From positions 1 to 64,000 of the forward strand of contig CDRNVI010000093.1 in NCBI GenBank assembly GCA_977017575.1: a DNA stretch of 64,000 nucleotides, written 5' to 3'. How positions within the stretch are numbered: the stretch's first letter is position 1; every line of letters starts with the position of its first letter. Position numbers and translations under genes: made by a program. Source of the DNA: Paramoeba atlantica (Eukaryota > Protista > Discosea). A model generated the notes under the pieces. The model was given only the letters and a program-made list of their open reading frames with translations. It searched no databases and was not told the origin of the DNA. Of the stretch, positions 1-9,806 are shown one piece after another.

Positions 1-2
1 GA

Positions 3-751
3 GACGAAACAGCGATGTTCGTAAACGGGGAGGTGCAAGGATATACTCTTGTCTAAATTGGGAGTCCTCAACCAAAGGTTGTCGACACAAATCCGAAGGA
101 AACGGTGACTGCTTTTTTGGCCGCCATCTATGATTTCGGGTCTGACGAGGTATGTCCCCTTAACCCGACTGTAATTTTCGAGCATAACGCGAAGTCGCGG
201 GAAAATTCCACGATTTACAAGGAAATGGTGAAGCATGCCCAGAGGTCAAGGAGGACATTTATCCTCGCATGCTGAAGAGCTATTTACCCTTTTCACAGGA
301 AAGGTCTTCGACAGCAATAATCACAGATGATTGCTCAGGACATCGCACTGACGACATTCCTGAAAATTCCGACCCTCATACAATTCCTGGGGGTTGCACG
401 AAGGCAATACAAATTCATGACCGTGTATTTAATCGCTTGTTTAAGCGACAATACAATGAATTGCTCAGCGAATGGCGTCTTCACAACAACAAAGAAAAAG
501 TAAGCCGATATCTTGTCCTCGAATGGATAGAAGCACACACGCTAGTGTGGAAAACTCATCGCGAAGCAATACTAAAAGCCGCCCGCACATACATCAAGCG
601 ACCTGCCACCGAAAATCCTTGGGTAGAGCATCCAAATACACAGCCTCAATCTCAACTACATTCCCCGGAAGATCATGGAGCGTTGCTAAACTCCCATGAA
701 GACACATGTGAATCCAAGAGTACGTGTGAAACCAAGAAACCGGAACATATA
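3..751 (+). pseudogene. pogo/Tigger-like (DDE_1) transposase remnant, catalytic core and C-terminus; 5' part lies outside the window
   Basis: Frame 3 from nt 3 reads DETAMF... (one TAA) ...FILA, then shifts into ORF 269-757: LKSYL...TDDCSGH...IPGGCTKAIQIHD...FKRQYNELLSEW. This matches the pogo DET / DxxxxH / PxGCTxxLQPLD motifs, with DD30D spacing. Confidence 0.8.
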
Positions 752-2513
752 CAGTAACTCAAAAAAGTGTTCAAATGTTTCGACATTTTTTAATGTTTTT
801 ATTTTTTACCAAAGAGAATCAGAGGATAATGCTGTGGTATATGGTAGTAGTGTAGGCTGGGGTAGTGCTTATATCCCCACGTACTTTGAGTTCATCAACG
901 ATCTTACTACGAAAAACTATGAAAGATATAATGTCAGTCCAACATATGAACACTTTTTTGACTTTTTTTCGGACACGTTTTTTTTTAGGAAAACGTTCTA
1001 CTGCTTCACCCTTAATGGACCAAAATGGTTTAGACTTAATACTTAGTAAGTCCCCCCTTCGCCCTGATGACTGCCCTCAAACGACGGGGCATGCTTTGGA
1101 CAAGAGGGAGGCATGCACTTGGAGGAACTTTCGCCCATGCTTTTTGGGCCCGTTCCCATAACTCGATCATTCCTGCGGGTGGGTCGGGGTAATCTGCCGT
1201 TGCCTTTTTCAGTTCAACCCATAGGTTTTCTATGGGGTTTAAGTCGGGAGACTGAGGGGGCCAGTCAAGCACACACAGCTCCTGCGAATTTAAAAAATCC
1301 CGAGCCTTCTTACTCGTGTGCTTCGGATCGTTATCCTGTTGGAAGACGATCCGATCCTTCGTGACACTCAGCTTTTGTAGGGAAGGGGGCAAATTTCCCC
1401 GTCTGATGTCCGCCGTCTCATCACTAGCGGCGCCACAAAAGACGCAGTTGCCGCCAGCAAAAGGTTGAGAGACGAAGGTATTGCGGATGTTTGCCCGGAA
1501 ACCATTCGGGTTTCCCTTCGTAAGCGTGGTATGAAGGGAAAGAAGAGGGTCAAGAAGCCCTACCTTACGAAACGTCACAAGGCTCTACGTCTTGCTTTTG
1601 CAAGAAAGTACGAGCATTGGACGCACGCCGACTGGGGCCGTGTACTTTTCACGGATGAAACGAAGATCTGCCGTTTCGAGTCGAATGGTAGCCGGTGGGT
1701 TTGGGTAGACTTTGGGGAGGAACTGTCTGAGCGAAACACACAAGGTACGCTCAAGTATGGTGGTGGCTCCATCATGATATGGGGTTGCATGATGGAGCAC
1801 GGTGCGGGAACCATTGAGCTGGTTCACGGGAATATGAACGCCGAGCAGTACGTTCAAATACTGCAACAAAATTTGCCCCCTTCCCTACAAAAGCTGAGTG
1901 TCACGAAGGATCGGATCGTCTTCCAACAGGATAACGATTCGAAGCACACGAGTAAGAAGGCTCGGGATTTTTTAAATTCGCAGGAGCTGTGTGTGCTTGA
2001 CTGGCCCCCTCAGTCTCCCGACTTAAACCCCATAGAAAACCTATGGGTTGAACTGAAAAAGGCAACGGCAGATTACCCCGACCCACCCGCAGGAATGATC
2101 GAGTTATGGGAACGGGCCCAAAAAGCATGGGCGAAAGTTCCTCCAAGTGCATGCCTCCCTCTTGTCCAAAGCATGCCCCGTCGTTTGAGGGCAGTCATCA
2201 GGGCGAAGGGGGGACTTACTAAGTATTAAGTCTAAACCATTTTGGTCCATTAAGGGTGAAGCAGTAGAACGTTTTCCTATAAAAAAACGTGTCCGAAAAA
2301 AAGTCAAAAAAGTGTTCATATGTTGGACTGACATTATATCTTTCATAGTTTTTCGTAGTAAGATCGTTGATGAACTCAAAGTACGTGGGGATATAAGCAC
2401 TACCCCAGCCTACACTACTACCATATACTACAGCATTATCCTCTGATTCTCTTTGGTAAAAAATAAAAACATTAAAAAATGTCGAAACATTTGAACACTT
2501 TTTTGAGTTACTG
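752..2513 (+). mobile_element. Tc1-family DD34E element rearranged into a fold-back with 645-bp inverted arms (752-1396 / 1869-2513)
   Basis: Ends are CAGTAACTCAAAAAAGTG...CACTTTTTTGAGTTACTG, flanked by TA at 750-751 and 2514-2515. I saw only 3 substitutions between the arms. Confidence 0.95.
1399..2229 (+). pseudogene. Tc1 transposase lacking the N-terminal HTH (5'-truncated)
   Basis: FTDETK, WGC, QQDNDSKH and WPPQSPDLNPIENLW motifs (D-34-E). The frame is open from 1399 (PSDVRRL...) but starts at the inverted-arm junction and has no native start codon. Confidence 0.92.
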
Positions 2514-2515
2514 TA

Positions 2516-3250
2516 TGTGCCAGATTCTCCGAGCTCTATTGTAGACCTGGACACAGAGTGGCGAAAGTATCGGCGACCGAAATGTTGTCTTCCAACACAT
2601 GCTGTAGATCAAATATGCGAAAATGTCATGAGGACGTATCGCATGTTACCCGATGCCGACAAAAACATACTGTTTCTTGATACAGGCAAAACACGGCTCT
2701 TACTTGGTCAAGGTCGCCAGCCCAAGAAATACATTACATCAGTGCGCCGTGTGGTTTCTATTTTACTGTTTAATGGTTACTACGTCCTTGTAGATTATCA
2801 CCGTTGTGATATGACTGCTTACAATAGTTACCAAACGTATTCCCCTCATGCTCGTGGGGATTTCCTCAATAGTTTCGCTTCACACCTTCGGCAGATTGTA
2901 GGGACATCTGCAATCATAAAACGCATATAAAAATATTAATATTATAATATTATATTATAATATAACGCATTAAATATGCCTCCGTTCCACAGCAGTCACC
3001 CATGTCCAACGAATGTGCCCTCCACGTCATTAACAAATTATGTACTCTACAACACCACCTGGGACACCAACTGCGAGTTCAAGGGACCAGACACGTCTCC
3101 TCTCCGCTCAGGACCGAGTCGGCACAAGGAACAGCGCCTCCCCTATTCCAACCGAACCTAGTATTACAGCTCCGCCATGCGACTCAAGACCCCGACCACA
3201 AAGTAACACCGCAGATGAGTCGCAACACAGGAACACAGAGCAAGGATTGA
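2516..3250 (+). pseudogene. Degenerate Ulp1/C48-like cysteine protease domain
   Basis: CLPTHAVDQIC...SILLFNGYYVLVD...MTAYNSY joins KYASVPQQSPMSNECALHVINKL once the 2927-2970 insert is removed. The PQQ..xxC motif is present; the expected His and Asp positions read Tyr and Asn. Confidence 0.6.
2920..2970. other. 37-bp pure A/T insertion flanked by a 7-bp direct repeat (AACGCAT)
   Basis: AACGCAT occurs at 2920-2926 and 2964-2970. Deleting 44 bp restores the frame IIKRI-KYASVPQQ. Confidence 0.8.
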
Positions 3251-4044
3251 ACAACGGAGAGGAAACTAGGGGAACCCCCTCAACATCAGCACTCAGGCCT
3301 TCTCCAGCCCCACAGGAGGAACAGAGACTGGAAGGGCAGTCACGAACGAAAATTCGCAGGCCGCACCAAGGACGGGAGCATTTAGGTCCCAGCGTGTACC
3401 GGAAGGTGGTAGACACCAAAGCAGTGGGGAACAGCCAATGCTCCGCACCCAGAGGCCCACGCAAAACCCACGCCGCCCCCGAGCCCAGACAGAAACCCCA
3501 ACCTTGACCGAGCAGGAAGAAACAGCTGCTAGCCTCATGAGTAAGCTACGCACTATCGAAGGAGGTCGGGTTATGATCCACTTCACCACCGAACAATGGC
3601 ACCTTACCGAACAACGAGCGTTAGACCGGTGCCATAAGTTTATATGCCCCGCCCGGAACTCAGAGGAGGCCCTCGAACAGGCAAAGCTGCTGTCAGGCTG
3701 CATCGCAGTTACCGCCCATGAAGTAGCCTGCCACATTGACGCCGTTGGTGCATTTCGGATCCGGTCACACAGGGTTTCGGCAGGGCGCAAATCAAGGCCA
3801 ACCGCAGTCGAACGGTCTGCTGCAACCCTAGCAGGTCACGTCCGACAACTCAAGAGGTCCCTACGATATACACACGGTCGAGGCGCGCGAAACGAGCTGA
3901 AGGCGAAAATCAAAGAGGCAGGAAAACTGCATAAAACGTATCTAGAAGAGAGTTCACTACAGCGTCTCGAGATGGCGCAACGATAGGCCGCGACTCGATT
4001 CCAGAGAAACCCATGGACTGCCTCGGGGGAATGCCTGGACAACC

Positions 4045-5130
4045 ATGAAAAAGCAGCGGAGCAACGTAAGAAGCAAGGACCGGACTGCCCTATTGGAGAA
4101 ATCGAAAGATTTCTTTAAAAAAAATCTCGAAATCGAAAGCCACTTTAAGGAGTCGATGAGCAAGCCCCACACGGAGCATCACCTGCCCCCACGAGACTTC
4201 TTTGGACCAGCAACCGAGACAGAGATGCAATGGGAAGAAATCAATGGTGCCTCGATTGCCATAGCGGTATCCTCGAAACGTCCTTCAGCTGCTCCAGGAG
4301 CCGACACCATTAGTAACGCTATTCTGAAACGATGTGTCGCCCTACACCCCTTCTTGGCCCAAGTTTTCAACGGACTCCTGAAGTTTAGCGTCTGCCCCGA
4401 ATCATGGAAACAAGCTATAACACTTCTCATTCACAAAGGGGGTCCCTCGCGCGCGCTGGAAAACTGGAGGCCCATCGGTCTGACTAGCTTCCTGGGGAAG
4501 CTATTCCACTCTATCATAAGTCATCGGGTATTAGCCCACGTTACTTCTTCTGGTGTAATCGACACTACCATACAGAAAGGTTTCCTTCCGCGGGTGAACG
4601 GTACCGAACATACGCAGTCACTCTGCGAACTCCTGGAATTCCAACGCCGACACAAGCGACAATACTGTCTAGGGCAGTTTGGCTTGAAGAATGCTTTTGG
4701 CGCCCTTCCGCATAGCGTCCTATTCGACGCACTACAGTGGGCCCGAATCTCGCCCCGTATCGTGGCGTATATTCGTGCGTTGTACGACGGAGCACCTCTG
4801 CAAGTAAAATGCGCTGAAGGACTCACAAACCACATCCCAGTGCAGCGTGGCGTATTACAAGGAGACACGCTTTCACCGGTGCTGTTCCTGATTGCAATGG
4901 AGGTGGTCTTACGATTCCTTAGATCGAGTTTTCCAAAGTATGAAATCGTCTGGAATGATTCAGAAACCTTCCTGAAGGCCTTCGCGGATGATCTGACAAT
5001 GCTCACGAACACCCCTGAAGAAATGCAGAACGCGACGAATGTGCTTGTGAGGGTACTCTCAATGATGGGGGTGTCTAAACGTCAAGAAGTGCCGCCTTCA
5101 GCGTATGGCCGTAAAAGATGGGGGTTATAA
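4045..5130 (+). pseudogene. Reverse transcriptase domain of the non-LTR element
   Basis: Non-LTR RT motifs are present. The first catalytic Asp appears mutated (QFGLKNAFG versus the usual xDLKNAFG), and there is a frameshift near 5070. Confidence 0.92.
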
Positions 5131-5386
5131 GACGCACCGACCGAGGATCATGGCCTCTAGCGAACCAATACCTTATATATGTGACCGCGGCAGCACCTTC
5201 CTCGGTATGACTCTTGCACCTGGCGCGCAACAAGGAAAGGTTCTCTTCAAGACGCTACGGACAAAACTCCGCACATGGCTCCACAATATCACCCATAGCG
5301 CCTTCGATACCCCAGCCCGCCTCTGGATCTATAACCACGCTATCACATCTCGGCTACGTTATGCCTTTACCATCAACCCCGTACTC

Positions 5387-5552
5387 GTAAGATAAAACGT
5401 AAGATAAAAGTTATGAACAATTAAGAGTGCTTAATGAAAAAGTGGATAAAAAGAGGGAAGATTCACCTAAGAGGAAGGTGTCTTCACGAAAAACAAAATA
5501 GTAGTTTTATCAGCCGATGTAAATCGGCCTTTTTGGATTTGGATTGGATTGG
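5387..5552 (+). mobile_element. 166-bp 5'-truncated retroposon 3' end with a 12-bp TSD
   Basis: AACCCCGTACTC occurs at 5375-5386 and 5553-5564. The insert ends in a GCCGAT-GTAA-ATCGGC stem-loop and a (TTGGA)n-like tail. Removing it rejoins FTINPVL-SFSHVLRL in frame. Confidence 0.8.
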
Positions 5553-6081
5553 AACCCCGTACTCTCATTCAGCCACGTCTTAAGGCTCCAAAAGATGGCC
5601 ACCAACCATATTCGGAAATGGCTTAAAATGGCTAAAACCGCAACAAGTGAACTTATTTACTCGGAGAGTGGTTGGAATCTAACCAGCATGTCGAAGCTAT
5701 GGCTTCAGTGCACAGCCATAGCTCTAACACAAATGGAAAAATCCAGAGACCCAGCTGTACAGCACGCACTACGACAGCGCATCCAAAATGAACAAAAGAA
5801 GCGCTCGTCAGGCCAAATCAGGCCGCTTACCCAGCTATACGAGGTGCGCGACGACCCAGCAGCCCTTCAACGCACCATCAACACCCAACATGAGCGCCAC
5901 CTGCTAGAGGCCGTGCAGCGACGCACATCCGTGGCCTGCCAATGGTTCCAATTGGCCTCAGAAAGTGACCTGGCGAAGGATTTCGCATCTGCGCTATGCA
6001 ACATAAAGAGCGAGTCGTTGTCCCGCTTCACAGCTTCAGTTCTCACACAGACGCCTCTTCCTACCCGCGCAGCACTACATA

Positions 6082-7638
6082 CAGGGGTGAAAACCTCGTG
6101 GTGGGGGGGTCTAAAATTCGTAAAAATTATCCAATTTTGGAAAGTAATAGCGCATTCGAGAGCTCTCACAGAGTTGTATGTTTTAGCACTATTTGCGGCC
6201 TGTGACTCAACATGAAACGATGAGACAAAAAAAATCATGATTTTTTTTCTTGCCCAAATTTACGTTTTTTCAGTTTTTAGCTGTTTTTCAGTCAATATTA
6301 GCACTATATGCCCCAGAAACGGATTCGTTCCCGAACCTCACGTGGTGTACTCAGCGACAGGTCCTATTCCTCCCCCGCACGGGTGATACCAAGTCACCGT
6401 ATGCTTCTTGTCTCAGATTATCTTGAGACAGGGTCCTATTCTCGGACAGCCCAAAACTTCGGCGTCCACGAAAATACAGTAAAACGTCTTGTGATACGCT
6501 ATGAGAACACTGGAGACGTGGAAAGCTCTCCTATTTCACGCCCATCTCCTGTCAGTACCCCTGCGCTGCACGAAGCAGCTATCCGCCTCATTGATGAGGG
6601 ATACCGTGACCTCCCGTACGGGATTGAGAACTGGTGTGCACTCCATAGAGTTGTGCTTTCTCTTGGATTTCAGTGTTCAAGACCAACTTTGGTTAACGCC
6701 ATGAAGAGCCATGGTATGATCATGCGAACTTTAAAAAGAAAGCCCGCACTGACCGATGAACACAAGAGGAAACGAGTGCATTTTTGTTCTGAGATGCTCA
6801 CTTGGTCAGATACCCAACTGAGACAAATTGTTTTCTGCGATGAGAAGAAGTTTACTTGCGGTAGGGGACGAAACAAAATTACTTACCTTTGCCGGAAGAC
6901 TGACCCCGCCAAGGAACAGCAGGGAGAGCTAGAACCTTGGTATGGAGGGAACGGCGTCATGGTGTGGATGGGGGTCAGTTTAAATCATGGATTTCATCTA
7001 CACATTTTTCCCTCCCACGACCCTTCCGGCCTAAAAGTAACTGTAACAGGGGATGTTTTCAATGACGCCATGAAGAAGCGCAAAGGACTTTTAAATTATT
7101 TGAGGCGCCACCCATCTGGGGTCGTTGCAATGGATAATTGTCCTGTTCATAATTCTGCGCGAACAACCTTTCGCAACGAAGGTATTAATGTACTCTCTTG
7201 GCCTGCAAAATCCCCCGATTTAAACACCATTGAAAACCTTTGGGGGACCATGGACAGGATCAAAAATGATCTTCGACCCAAGAATCGGGCTGAATTAGTA
7301 TCGGCAATTGAGACAGCGTTCGAAAGATTACAATCAGAACGCAAGCAAGAATGTATTAACACGATGAGCAGTTTCCGCAAGCGTTGTCGCATCGTTATTG
7401 GGCGAAACGGGTCTTCCTGTGGGTATTAAGGGTAATTTTTGACCATTTTTTACAGTTTTTCAAATTTGCAAATCGTGTTTTTGACCCTTCCATCAAAGGG
7501 GGGTACCCCCCTAACCCCCGCAAACTGCCTATCTTAAAACATACAACTCTGCGAGAGCTCTCGAACGCTCTATTATTTTCCAAAATTGGACAAATTTTAC
7601 GAATTTTAGATCCCCCCACCATGGTATTTTCACCCCTG
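6082..7638 (+). mobile_element. Tc1/IS630-like DNA transposon, 1557 bp, with ~105-bp imperfect TIRs and TA TSD
   Basis: CAGGGGTGAAAA...TTTTCACCCCTG, with TA at 6080-6081 and 7639-7640. Excision restores ALH-R-WGLN in the host retroelement. Confidence 0.95.
6308..7429 (+). CDS. Tc1-like transposase, apparently intact, 373 aa, DD32E
   Basis: N-terminal HTH (SYSRTAQNFGVHENTVKRLV), FCDEKKF, VWMGVS, MDNCPVH and WPAKSPDLNTIENLW. Confidence 0.92.
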   Translation: MPQKRIRSRTSRGVLSDRSYSSPARVIPSHRMLLVSDYLETGSYSRTAQNFGVHENTVKRLVIRYENTGDVESSPISRPSPVSTPALHEAAIRLIDEGYRDLPYGIENWCALHRVVLSLGFQCSRPTLVNAMKSHGMIMRTLKRKPALTDEHKRKRVHFCSEMLTWSDTQLRQIVFCDEKKFTCGRGRNKITYLCRKTDPAKEQQGELEPWYGGNGVMVWMGVSLNHGFHLHIFPSHDPSGLKVTVTGDVFNDAMKKRKGLLNYLRRHPSGVVAMDNCPVHNSARTTFRNEGINVLSWPAKSPDLNTIENLWGTMDRIKNDLRPKNRAELVSAIETAFERLQSERKQECINTMSSFRKRCRIVIGRNGSSCGY

Positions 7639-7837
7639 TAGATGGGGCCTAAACACACATGTAAACACGAAGTGTCCCATTTGCAATGAGGAAGTCCAAA
7701 CTATCCGCCACATATTTGCTGGCTGTCGAGTCTCCCTGGAACAAGGAAGATACACCTATCGCCACAATTTGGTGCTCGAGACGCTAGCTGATGCTATATC
7801 CAGCTGCCCGACGACGGCGCAAACCCATTTCGACCTA

Positions 7838-8346
7838 AGGTATAAAGGACAAGGGAGATACTAAGAGCACATCGAAAAGAAAATTTCTAAAACGAAAAAG
7901 ATTTTCATTGAAAATTTTCAAAAGATTGAAGAAAAAATATTAATGAAAAATATCAAAAAGGAAAAATTCGAGAAAGAAAAAGTATCTCCCATTTTTCTTC
8001 TCGGTGACCATTCAAGATGAAATGGGAGAAAAATATCAAAAAGGAAAAATTCGAGAAAGAAAAAGTATCTCCCATTTTTCTTCTCGGTGACCATTCAAGA
8101 TGAAATGGGAGAAAAATATCAAAAAGGAAAAATTCGAGAAAGAAAAAGTATCTCCCATTTTTCTTCTCGGTGACCATTCAAGATGAAATGGGAGATACTT
8201 TTTCTTTCTCGAATCTTTCCTTTTTGATATTTTTCATTAAATTTAATATTTTTTTCTTCAAACTTTTTAAATTTTTCAATGAAAATCGTTTTCGTTTTAG
8301 AAATTTTTTTTTCGATGTGCTCTTAGTATCTCCGTCCTTTATACCT
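7838..8346. mobile_element. Non-autonomous fold-back element with ~155-bp imperfect inverted arms
   Basis: AGGTATAAAGGAC...GTCCTTTATACCT termini. The arms (about 7838-7992 and 8187-8346) align. No TSD was found. Confidence 0.7.
7945..8193. repeat. Three tandem copies of an 83-bp unit
   Basis: The unit GAAAAATATC...GAAATGGGA starts at 7945, 8028 and 8111. Confidence 0.95.
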
Positions 8347-8399
8347 GGGTTATGGTGCTGTCTTTGGATCTTTGTTAAAAAAAAATTCCGGAATTTTTT

Positions 8400-8600
8400 T
8401 TGTCGGGCCAAATTTCGGGTCAAATTTCGGGCGAGATTTTGGACGAAATTTCGGGCCAAATTTCGAGTCGTCCAAAAGGTGCGTTTTTCTTTTCTAAAAC
8501 TATCTATTTGTGGTGCTGCATTTCGTTCTTTTCGAAAAAAACTTTTTCAGGAAAAATGTTTGTCGGGCCAAATTTCGGGCGAAATTTCGGGCCAAATTTT
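8400..8600. repeat. Two clusters of degenerate 12-bp tandem repeats (AAATTTCGGGCC)
   Basis: About 5 copies at 8400-8468 and about 3 at 8562-8600. Confidence 0.8.
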
Positions 8601-8944
8601 ATTATTACTGGGTAGCGAGGGAGTAGTATCTCCCTCAATAATCGTACTTAACTAGACAATTAACTCTTTCACATTGTATCATCTTTCATAATGTTTTTCT
8701 TTTAATTGCTTTGCTACTTAAATGCCTACATGTCAGTCACCCAACCCAGACATCCCCCCTGTCCGCCCTTCACTCCTCAACATCCCATCACCGCATTATT
8801 CTCCAGGGGGCTTCTTTTTCTTCTGTTCCAGAGATTCCTTTTGTTCGCCTTTCTCGAGAAAGACGGGCGCCGCGAAGCGACGCGATTTTTTTTTTAATTG
8901 TATTTTGTCGGGTAAGAAATAGCGTCATTTTCTGCGCCATGAGC

Positions 8945-9004
8945 ACCCCCCCTTTAATATGGACAAAGTCCAAAAATCTGTCCGTATTAAAGGGGGGGTC
9001 ACAG
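8945..9004. mobile_element. Orphan right end of a TA-flanked MITE family related to the 44425 element
   Basis: ...TTAAAGGGGGGGTCACAG followed by TA, with an internal inverted copy CCCCCCCTTTAATATGGACA / TGTCCGTATTAAAGGGGGGG. Confidence 0.55.
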
Positions 9005-9255
9005 TACCTTTTTCTTTCAATTATCTTCCTTTATTTATCTCCTTTTCGATCAGTTATCTTACAAATACATTTTTATGTGTGCCTGATAACTTGAGCGCTC
9101 TGTTACTTGGGCGCTACACTTGTAGTTCTTTTGTCCCATTCCAAAGGTATGACCCCACCCCTATATTGTCCCTTAAATACCCGTCCCGTAATAACACCAC
9201 GCACTGTACCTCAATTATAAGTTTTTTATAAGTTTTTTTATCCTACCCGAACCCA

Positions 9256-9452
9256 TTAGCGCACGCCCCTTCGGTACCTATTTTGTACCGCGGCATGCGC
9301 TATCTGGGCGTTCCCCTTCTGAATGGCTACCCCGATTGCCATGATAAAGTGGCTGAGGCACCCATTCTTTTCCTCGATGGTCTTCCGAGCTACCAGATCT
9401 AGAAACTGGAGAGTCTCGGGGCCAGGGACTCCGTAAGTGGTGAAGGCCAGCG
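9256..9452 (-). mobile_element. 3' fragment of a CRE/SLACS-like RLE retrotransposon
   Basis: Translates as LAFTTYGVPGPETLQFLDLVARK...IMAIGVAIQKGNAQIAHAAVQNRYRRGVR*. It is followed by a tail containing ATAAAAAACTT twice. Confidence 0.8.
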
Positions 9453-9634
9453 AGCACCTAAAATCTAGACACTAGAAAATAGAAATCAATAAACTTTTGG
9501 GTACAATATATGTTTACATTGCCCACATATTTTTTCGCAGTGGGGCACTTCCCGAATAAGTCGAAAAATCACGTTTCATGTCTGAACGACAACATTTTTG
9601 AATCACACGAGGGGTTGAGAGTGAAGCCCAAGAC

Positions 9635-9806
9635 GAGATCACTTGAGATCACGCGAGATCATGCGAGATCACGCGAGATCATGCGAGATCACGCGAAATC
9701 ATGCGAGATCACGTGAGATCACGCGAGATCTCTCGAGAGCGGATTTGGTTCGGGAGGGTGGTTGGACGATCTCAAAACGAGATCACGTGAGATCACGCCA
9801 GATCAT
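9635..9806. repeat. Decamer tandem repeat GAGATCA(C/T)GC
   Basis: 10 units at 9635-9734 and about 3 more at 9779-9806. The C/T alternation gives a partial 20-bp period. Confidence 0.95.

Larger units (their letters stand above)
3438..7837 (+). mobile_element. Decayed RLE-class (HERO/NeSL-like) non-LTR retrotransposon: RT, thumb and CCHC knuckle; interrupted and 3'-truncated
   Basis: RT ORF 4045-5130 has APGADTI, NWRPIGL, QKGFLP, LKNAFG, RGVLQGDTLSP and FADDL. A frameshift leads to LNVKKC...TFLG. After removing two inserts the frame reads LPTRAALHRWG...KCPICNEEVQTIRHIFAGC...GRYTYRHNLVL. Confidence 0.9.

Noticed and set aside
1036-1578. A second independent transposase on the minus strand
   Set aside because: It is the inverted arm of the same element, and its N-terminal part is just the antisense of the spacer.
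5387-5564. Spliceosomal intron (the insert begins GTAAG)
   Set aside because: No placement within the 12-bp repeat gives an AG 3' end that restores the frame. The TSD and tail fit a retroposon better.
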